A stretch of 64,000 nucleotides of DNA, from contig DATJYL010000197.1 of NCBI GenBank assembly GCA_035499655.1, positions 25,255 to 89,254 of the forward strand. The letters are read 5' to 3'. Of the stretch, positions 19,113-24,614 are shown in pieces. The translations under genes and the position numbers were made by a program. The notes beneath the pieces are model-generated. The model was not told where the DNA came from. It ran no database searches and saw only the letters and a list, made by a program, of their open reading frames with translations. Each line of letters opens with the position of its first letter. Position 1 is the first letter of the stretch. The DNA comes from Pirellulales bacterium (GTDB lineage: Bacteria; Planctomycetota; Planctomycetia; Pirellulales; JADZDJ01).

Positions 19113-19631
19113 TTAGCCCTGAATCTTAGGATCAGGAAGGAGGTCAAAGGTCAGATGGCATTTTCCTTCGTGGACGAACTCGCAAAGATCCTGCGTCCGA
19201 CGGGCACCGACCTTGGTACCATTGACCTGCAAGAACATGTGCTTCTTATCTTGACCCTCGGCGAGCGGAAATTTGCTCAAGGCCCAATCAAGCACATAAC
19301 CGATGCGCGTCCTCGACGCAAAGTGTCGTTCTTCCGTGCGTTCTTGATAATGCACGACAACAGCAACACTACGGCAACGGTGACAGAAAATGTGATAGCC
19401 GCTTTTTACACCAATGCTAGCCAGCGTAGCGTCAAACTCTGGGCTAACCAAATCGTCATCGCCCGGTGACTCGATACCGTCTGGTGCGACAACTTCGATT
19501 GCGAAGGACGCAACATCGATGCCAACACCATCCTGCTTCAGCAGCTTCCGAAGCGTCTCTTCAGGTGTGGCGACCAGACATTCTGGCTGAACACCCTCCC
19601 GGTGCAGAAACAATTCAAATTCATTTTTCAT
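19113..19631 (-). CDS. bilA: Ubiquitin-like (probably tandem beta-grasp, ISG15-like) protein ending in Gly, BilA-like
   Basis: 172 aa. The C-terminus is ...LLPDPKIQG followed immediately by the stop. It is the first gene of the operon, and GGAG lies upstream of the ATG. The C-terminal half (VAVVVHYQERTEERHF...IGYVLDWALSKF...MFLQVNGTKV...CHLTFDLL) has a beta-grasp-like alternation. The assignment is based on architecture. Confidence 0.6.
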   Translation of the reverse strand: MKNEFELFLHREGVQPECLVATPEETLRKLLKQDGVGIDVASFAIEVVAPDGIESPGDDDLVSPEFDATLASIGVKSGYHIFCHRCRSVAVVVHYQERTEERHFASRTRIGYVLDWALSKFPLAEGQDKKHMFLQVNGTKVGARRTQDLCEFVHEGKCHLTFDLLPDPKIQG

Positions 19632-19758
19632 CCTCGTCTCCTTTAATAAAAAGGACAGTGCGACAAACGACTAGCACTGGAACAATCCAGCGCTTGACAA
19701 CTGAGCCGCACTTTGCCGAGAATGAGGTTCTTCGAATGGGCCCTCATACGGCTCAGTG

Positions 19759-19786
19759 CGGACGCGCTGCGGAAACAGCGCGTCCG
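19759..19786. other. Strong GC hairpin in the divergent control region (CGGACGCGCTG-cggaaa-CAGCGCGTCCG)
   Basis: Perfect 11-bp stem with a 6-nt loop. On the plus strand it is followed by TTACTTTT, which is terminator-like. On the minus strand it would lie in the 5' leader of the Ubl operon. Confidence 0.6.
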
Positions 19787-19843
19787 TTACTTTTCCGATA
19801 AACCTTACCAGCAACGGTCGTTGGAACAGTAACGATAATGGTC

Positions 19844-19872
19844 AGATTAACAATTTTGCCGCCGGTTGTCAA
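19844..19872 (-). promoter_or_regulatory. Candidate sigma-70-type promoter of the Ubl-E2-JAB-E1 operon
   Basis: On the minus strand: TTGACA (19872-19867), a 17-nt spacer, then TAATCT (19849-19844). This implies a ~200-nt leader before the ATG at 19631. Confidence 0.35.
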
Positions 19873-19873
19873 A

Positions 19874-19906
19874 TTTCAGAATCTATATAATTATTTGTTT
19901 CTGAAA
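19874..19906. promoter_or_regulatory. Inverted repeat TTTCAGAA-N17-TTCTGAAA, candidate operator between divergent promoters
   Basis: The 8-bp arms are exact reverse complements, in an A/T-rich context. The repeat lies between the candidate -35 boxes of the two divergent promoters. Confidence 0.4.
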
Positions 19907-19931
19907 AAAACATGTTTGCGACGCATACTTG

Positions 19932-19960
19932 TTGACGTAGGTGTTTCTGGGGCTTATAGT
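19932..19960 (+). promoter_or_regulatory. Candidate promoter of the XRE/ImmA pair, predicting a leaderless mRNA
   Basis: TTGACG (19932-19937), a 17-nt spacer, then TATAGT (19955-19960). The ATG at 19967 lies only 6 nt downstream of the -10 box and has no SD. Confidence 0.5.
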
Positions 19961-19966
19961 TAGGAC

Positions 19967-20314
19967 ATGGCAGCCACGAAGTCAGAAGCGGCAGACCCGA
20001 TCTACAAAAAGATCGGCGAGTTAATCCGGCAATACCGAACTCATCCTGGCGGGCCCAATCTCAGCCAAGACGAGTTGGGGCGTGCGATATCGTTGACAAG
20101 AGCCTCGATCGCAAATATCGAACTCGGCAGACAGAAGGTATTGGCACACACACTCATACAAATTGCAGCCGCTTTGCACGTAGCACCTGAGCAATTGCTT
20201 CCGAACGGAATCGCCACATCACACGAAGCGATTTTTCCAAGGAGTCTGAGGGCCGAAGCGCGACAGTGGATCGAAAGCGCCATCCAAAATAACTGTGTTA
20301 ACGTCCTCAGATAA
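19967..20314 (+). CDS. XRE-family helix-turn-helix transcriptional regulator (CapH/ImmR-like)
   Basis: HTH_3 core LSQDELGRAISLTRASIANIELGRQKVLAHTLIQIAAAL. 115 aa. The peptidase gene starts 3 nt after its stop. Confidence 0.9.
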   Translation: MAATKSEAADPIYKKIGELIRQYRTHPGGPNLSQDELGRAISLTRASIANIELGRQKVLAHTLIQIAAALHVAPEQLLPNGIATSHEAIFPRSLRAEARQWIESAIQNNCVNVLR

Positions 20315-20317
20315 ATT

Positions 20318-20833
20318 ATGCGAGTGCGACGGAAACACATTCGCGACCTTGCCACGAAGATTCTATTGAATCACGGAATTACTGCGCCTTCTGTAGACGT
20401 CGAACGAATCGCAAGAGATGAAGGCATCAAAGTTGTAAGAGAATACGCTAACGATAGATCTATTTCAGGGTTTCTGGATCGTCGCAGCGCAGTTCCGATA
20501 ATCGGTGTCAACAGGCATCACCTCGAGAATCGGCAACGTTTCACGATCGCCCATGAGCTTGGGCACCATTTTCTTCATAGTGAATCCCTATATTTCGATG
20601 ACCGAGTCTTACGATTCAGAGATGCCGAATCCAGTGAAGGCATTAACACTGATGAAATGGAGGCGAATCTATTTGCTGCTGAACTACTAATGCCGAAAGA
20701 GTTTCTCGAGGATTATTTCAGCAATCATATACTTGACATCAATGATGATGAAGCGATTGAGGATTTGGCCAAAGAGTATAAAGTAAGCCCTCAATCGTTA
20801 ATGTATCGATTGAACTATCTCGACTTGGCCTGA
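20318..20833 (+). CDS. ImmA/IrrE-family (COG2856) zinc metallopeptidase (CapP-like)
   Basis: HEXXH motif FTIAHELGHHFLH plus the downstream EANLFAAELLMP third-ligand region. 171 aa. This is the most A/T-rich coding sequence in the window. Confidence 0.9.
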   Translation: MRVRRKHIRDLATKILLNHGITAPSVDVERIARDEGIKVVREYANDRSISGFLDRRSAVPIIGVNRHHLENRQRFTIAHELGHHFLHSESLYFDDRVLRFRDAESSEGINTDEMEANLFAAELLMPKEFLEDYFSNHILDINDDEAIEDLAKEYKVSPQSLMYRLNYLDLA

Positions 20834-20939
20834 AACTAACTTGAGTAACCGCCGGTGCCACTGGCTATGTTAGTATAAGCCGTGACTTTCGTTCTGGCGC
20901 AGGCTAATGGTTACTTCAAACGCTAAACTGGCAAATTCT

Positions 20940-21173
20940 ATGAATCCCATCACGATTACCGGTCAAGTAGACGAACAGCATCTGCTTTCCGCGCGTGCGC
21001 CGGATTCGGTTCCGCCGGGGCCGGTGACGATTCTGGTGTTGCCAGCCGGCGAGCAGGACGATGGCGAGCAAGCCTGGATGGCGGGAATCGCGAACCAATG
21101 GACCGAGGAGTTGAGCGACTCTCGTCAAGATATTTACACGCTGGACGATGGAGCGCCAGTGAATGCACCCTGA
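20940..21173 (+). CDS. Putative antitoxin of the MazF/PemK-type pair
   Basis: Small acidic protein (…WTEELSDSRQDIYTLDDGAPVN) whose 3' end overlaps the toxin start by 11 nt. The start could be 20907 or 20940. No recognisable DNA-binding motif by eye. Confidence 0.5.
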   Translation: MNPITITGQVDEQHLLSARAPDSVPPGPVTILVLPAGEQDDGEQAWMAGIANQWTEELSDSRQDIYTLDDGAPVNAP

Positions 21174-21504
21174 CGATATTTATTTGGCCAGCTTTCCCTT
21201 TGGCGACGCTCCGGGCATGAAGCTGCGGCCTGTGTTGTTGCTGACTGACCGTTTGGGCAGCGTGCCGGAAGTGGTGGTGGCATATATTTCGTCAGTGATT
21301 CCGGCGGTTCTGTTGCCGACCGATCTTGTGATTGATCCTGTGAATCCCGACGGTGCATCAACCAATCTCAAAACCAAGTCGGTCCTTCGATTGCACAAAC
21401 TAGCAACCATTCATGCCAGTGCGATTGTTCGTCGGCTGGGCGCTATCTCAGCGAAAACAAGTACCGAAGTTGACGGCAAGCTACGCGCGCTGTTTCAGTT
21501 GTAA
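21163..21504 (+). CDS. mazF: PemK/MazF-family type II toxin (endoribonuclease)
   Basis: 113 aa with the family pattern: IYLASFPFGDAPGMKLRPVLLLT, VVVAYISS, KTKSVLRLHKLATIHASAIVRRLG. Confidence 0.8.
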   Translation: MHPDDIYLASFPFGDAPGMKLRPVLLLTDRLGSVPEVVVAYISSVIPAVLLPTDLVIDPVNPDGASTNLKTKSVLRLHKLATIHASAIVRRLGAISAKTSTEVDGKLRALFQL

Positions 21505-21511
21505 AAGAATC

Positions 21512-21560
21512 GGTTTCGTCAAATCTAGCGCCCTGCGCGACCAATGATCGCAGCTTTATG
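21512..21560. repeat. 49-nt element Y, copy 1 (copy 2 at 22111..22159)
   Basis: GGTTTCGTCAAATCTAGCGCCCTGCGCGACCAATGATCGCAGCTTTATG is 44/49 identical to 22111..22159. It contains a short hairpin (GCGACC-aay-GrTCGC). Confidence 0.8.
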
Positions 21561-21582
21561 CTAAGGGAGCGGTGGGGCGGGT

Positions 21583-22038
21583 TTATACGCCCAATATGGC
21601 CAGTGTGTTGGCGTCGGGGTGGCCGGAGAAGTATTTGGTAAGGGCGGCGGCGAATACCGTGTTATCGTCGGGTACGGCGTCTTGGGAGTGAGTTTCAGGG
21701 TAATGCTGCGTCGCGGTTTGGAAGAGCGTCATGCAAGAATGGAATTTCAGATGGTCGGGGTAGGCGAAGATCTCGTCGATCGGGCGGTTGTCGATGTTTA
21801 GCACAAGCTCGGTGCATTCGCGCAGGCGTGGGCCGAGCACCGGGTGGGCGGCGTAGGCTTGCGCTTCGGCCAATGAGGCGATGGCAAATTTTTGGGCCGT
21901 GGCGCTGCGGCCTAGACCGGCGATTTGCGGAAAAATAAACCACATCCAGTGGCTGCGTTTTTGGCCGGCGCGGAGTTCTGCGACGACGCGCGGGTACACG
22001 TGCTCTTGGGCGTCGAGAAAACGTTGGAAATCAAACAT
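21583..22038 (-). CDS. DUF1810-family protein
   Basis: 151 aa. MFDFQRFLDAQEHVYPRVVAELRAGQKRSHWMWFIFPQIAGLGRSATAQKFAI... matches my memory of the DUF1810 family N-terminus. Confidence 0.8.
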   Translation of the reverse strand: MFDFQRFLDAQEHVYPRVVAELRAGQKRSHWMWFIFPQIAGLGRSATAQKFAIASLAEAQAYAAHPVLGPRLRECTELVLNIDNRPIDEIFAYPDHLKFHSCMTLFQTATQHYPETHSQDAVPDDNTVFAAALTKYFSGHPDANTLAILGV

Positions 22039-22039
22039 G

Positions 22040-22074
22040 GCAATTAGCGGTTAGCGATTAGCAATTAGCGGTTG
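22040..22074. repeat. Heptamer tandem array (GCAATTA GCGGTTA GCGATTA GCAATTA GCGGTTG)
   Basis: Five 7-bp units of the form GCNNTTA, directly abutting the DUF1810 start codon. The same family occurs at 26335 and 43021. Confidence 0.85.
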
Positions 22075-22079
22075 AGGCT

Positions 22080-22194
22080 CGCTCCGCTGGCGCGTCGCGG
22101 TTAAACAATAGGTTTCGCCAAATCTAACGCCCTGCGCGACCAACGGTCGCGGCTTTATGATTTCCAGCGCTCTGCTGGCGCGTCGCGGCTAAAC
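22080..22194. repeat. Repeat block X - Y - X
   Basis: The block contains X at 22080-22106, Y at 22111-22159 and X at 22168-22194. The two X copies are 25/27 identical. X is the reverse complement of 16550-16576. Confidence 0.8.
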
Positions 22195-22227
22195 GGATTG
22201 AGATACAGCAGTGTGGAACGGCACCGC

Positions 22228-23169
22228 TTAGGAATGCTGCTGTTTGCGGGCGCGTTTGGCTTGGCGGCGGGTGAGATTTTGGGCGCTGTTTTTGTCGCCG
22301 GCGCCGTTATCGGCAGTTCCATCGTCGTCGTTGTCGACCACGTGGTAATCGACCAAATCCAGCGTGCTGCGGCGGATCACTCGGCCTTGGCCATCCAGCT
22401 CCTTGGAAGTGCGGGCTACGATGCCGCCGGGCACGTCGACGCTGGTGACATCGAGGGTGACGTTGGTGCCGCGGGCACTGCGCTGAATGGTCCGCTCGTA
22501 GGCGGTCGATTTCACCTCGTGCAGCACGTTGTAGGGCATGTCCAGCGCGATGACTTCGACCGTGGTTTGCGGCTCGTCGAGCGATTTGCCATCGGCGGTG
22601 AAGAAGCGGGTTTCGCGCTTGAGCACGTACGGCTCTACGTCGTCGGACAGGAACAACTCGGTGACTTGCTTTTGACGCCCGGTGTTGGCCGAAACTTGTT
22701 CGATGCGGCAGGGAACTTGCCGCCCGTCGACGGTGAGGGGCTCGGTGCCCAGCGATTTCAGCTCGGTGGAATCGTTCGGCGATTCGCCATAGTAACCGTA
22801 TTCGACGGTTTGAGGCGGGCTTTCGAAGCGGCGGCCATCGACTTCGACCGTGCCTTCGATCCGGAGGGTAAGCCGTTTGGCGTCGGCGCGGACCAGCGTG
22901 GTTTTGGTTTCGGTGATCGTGGTATCGACCACTTCGCCGCGGTCGTTGAGCGTGTCGGTGACGATACGCACCTTTTTCCACGTGCCCGGGTCAAAGCGGC
23001 CCCAGACGTGCAGATCTCGCGGGGTAAGCTCGGTCGAGGGCGGGGCGGCGATGGTTTCCGCTTGAAGCGGACCGTTGCAAAGCATGGCGCCGTTGAGAAC
23101 CAGCAACACCGCCACACTTGCCAGCAGCAAAGCAAACTGCCAACGGCGGTGAATGGGGTTACAACACAT
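22228..23169 (-). CDS. Secreted hypothetical protein
   Basis: Starting at ATG 23169 gives MCCNPIHRRWQFALLLASVAVLLVLNG..., a signal-peptide-like N-terminus. The composition is balanced and T/E/V-rich (beta-rich), with an acidic/basic C-terminal tail. The opposite-strand 385-aa ORF looks like a shadow. Confidence 0.6.
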   Translation of the reverse strand: MCCNPIHRRWQFALLLASVAVLLVLNGAMLCNGPLQAETIAAPPSTELTPRDLHVWGRFDPGTWKKVRIVTDTLNDRGEVVDTTITETKTTLVRADAKRLTLRIEGTVEVDGRRFESPPQTVEYGYYGESPNDSTELKSLGTEPLTVDGRQVPCRIEQVSANTGRQKQVTELFLSDDVEPYVLKRETRFFTADGKSLDEPQTTVEVIALDMPYNVLHEVKSTAYERTIQRSARGTNVTLDVTSVDVPGGIVARTSKELDGQGRVIRRSTLDLVDYHVVDNDDDGTADNGAGDKNSAQNLTRRQAKRARKQQHS

Positions 23170-23539
23170 GGCCAATTCAAACGGAGAACAAAAATGCGTG
23201 GCTTGTTGCCATCGGCCAACCAAGCAAAGCGGCGGACCGCCAACCTCGGCAAACTGGAAGGCAACTATCCGGTGCAGCCCAGGGCCTTGCCGCACCCATG
23301 GAACAAATCAACAAATCAGCAAATCGGCCGACGACTGCCAAAACTCGTGAGGTAGAACAACGATGGTGGGAGCAGCTAACCGGCTTCCGTTTTCCGGGCC
23401 AAAACATGCGTGTGCTGCTGACAGCCCAACCGTTTGCTAATGCGTATTGATAGCAAAAATACGCAGGCCTGGGAAGATGGCGAATGGAGAAAATCGCCGC
23501 TTTTGATGGTGCATGGACTGCGAAAGTGCGAATTTCGGC

Positions 23540-23725
23540 TTACTTTTTGACGTTTGAGGCCGGAATTCCCGCTTCAATGGCGGTGGGGAAATCGTTGGCG
23601 GTCGCCGCGACGTGGCTGGGTTTGGGGATTTCTGACTTGGGATGCGTGGTCATGCATCCGGGGGCGACGAGCATCGCCAGCCAGAGCCCCGCCAACTTCA
23701 GTATGCCAAAGCGTTTTGAATTCAT
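23540..23725 (-). CDS. Small putative lipoprotein (61 aa)
   Basis: MNSKRFGILKLAGLWLAMLVAPGC... is a signal peptide ending in APGC, like the neighbouring 49-aa ORF. Confidence 0.4.
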   Translation of the reverse strand: MNSKRFGILKLAGLWLAMLVAPGCMTTHPKSEIPKPSHVAATANDFPTAIEAGIPASNVKK

Positions 23726-23750
23726 GTGAGTCAACATCCTTTTACACAGC

Positions 23751-23900
23751 TTACGGCTGCACGCGCTTTTGAGCCATCCACTCTTCCACGGTGCGCGGTT
23801 TTTCGGGTTGCTTTGGCCGGAACAAACTGCAGCCGGGTGCGGCGGCGAGCAACGCACCGGCGAGCAGGGCCAGCATGAGGAATCGACGGAAACGAATCAT
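23751..23900 (-). CDS. Small putative lipoprotein (49 aa), below the ORF-track cutoff
   Basis: Hand translation gives MIRFRRFLMLALLAGALLAAAPGCSLFRPKQPEKPRTVEEWMAQKRVQP-stop. It has a basic n-region, a hydrophobic core and an APGC box. Confidence 0.45.
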   Translation of the reverse strand: MIRFRRFLMLALLAGALLAAAPGCSLFRPKQPEKPRTVEEWMAQKRVQP

Positions 23901-23924
23901 AGCGTCGCCTTTACAACCCGAAAT

Positions 23925-24218
23925 CTACTTCTTTGATTTCGAGAACCATTGCGAGGGATGAAAGATTTTATTGTTCCAAAAGGAGCTTTTCTTTTTTTTG
24001 CTGGCGGTGTCGACCATGGGTGGGGCTTCGTCCGCGTTGGCTTCGACGACGGTCAATTGAGAATCGTCTTTTTGCACGCCGCGGGCGTCATTGGTGGAAG
24101 TTTGTTGCTGCGAGCCGGCAGCCAGCGGCAACCAGGGCAACCCTTGGCTCCAAGCGGAAACGCCAACGGATAAAACCGCCAATAGGCATACCGCGCCTAA
24201 CATACGACGCATCGACAT
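23925..24218 (-). CDS. Small secreted protein with Lys-rich C-terminus
   Basis: MSMRRMLGAVCLLAVLSVGVSAWSQG is a signal peptide. The C-terminus is ...SKKKKSSFWNNKIFHPSQWFSKSKK. The start is 24218 or 24212. Confidence 0.5.
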   Translation of the reverse strand: MSMRRMLGAVCLLAVLSVGVSAWSQGLPWLPLAAGSQQQTSTNDARGVQKDDSQLTVVEANADEAPPMVDTASKKKKSSFWNNKIFHPSQWFSKSKK

Positions 24219-24614
24219 GGCCCGATTCCTCCGTGAGATAGTAGACAATTGATTGAATCGATGATTCCCAACGACGCAGCACCTTATTCGGCGAAGCGAC
24301 GATTGGGATGATGATTGTGGAGCGAATTGCGACTGAGAAAAGTGCTTGGAAGATGGTTTGGGCCGCCGGACAAGGGAATTCTCCGCCGACGGAACGACCC
24401 AGCATCCTCGCTGAAAAGGTGGCGGAGTGTCGCAAAAAACGGCAGTTCGATCCAGACGAATTTACCCGGAAATTGCCCTGCGGTTGTCCGTTTCGCCTGG
24501 GTAACGTAGCATTGCTAGCAAGGTCATTTGTCCCGTAGTCAGTTGTTCAAAGTTGACCAATGCAAATTGACAGTTAACCGGTGGCAAAGGACAAGCGGCA
24601 AAAGACAAATTTAA

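Noticed and set aside
16759-19631. Interpretation as type II CBASS (Cap2 E1/E2 plus Cap3 JAB)
   Set aside because: No CD-NTase or effector gene is adjacent. E1 and E2 are separate polypeptides rather than a Cap2 fusion. A dedicated Ubl with a C-terminal Gly is present. The architecture fits Bil-type operons better.
19466-19801. 111-aa plus-strand ORF overlapping the Ubl gene start and the control region
   Set aside because: It is antisense to the Ubl CDS for half its length and runs through the hairpin. Its composition is biased (R/Q/T/S-rich). It is more parsimonious to treat it as non-coding regulatory DNA.
22040-22074. Heptamer arrays (also 26335 and 43021) considered as CRISPR-like or coding tandem repeats
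   Set aside because: The units are only 7 bp with no spacers, so they are not CRISPR. The arrays are intergenic, and one frame is full of TAA/TAG stops.
15988-22227. Search for a tRNA gene, integrase or transposase marking the island borders
   Set aside because: No cloverleaf-compatible sequence (for example a GTTCGAATC-type T-arm) and no recombinase-like ORF were seen. The island is therefore called only on composition, gene content and repeats.
22198-23355. 385-aa plus-strand ORF covering the whole 22.2-23.3 kb region
   Set aside because: It is antisense to the 22228..23169 gene. Its product is G/A/V/D/R-rich and low-complexity, with no motif. The minus-strand product has a signal peptide and balanced composition. 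This is a typical high-GC shadow ORF.
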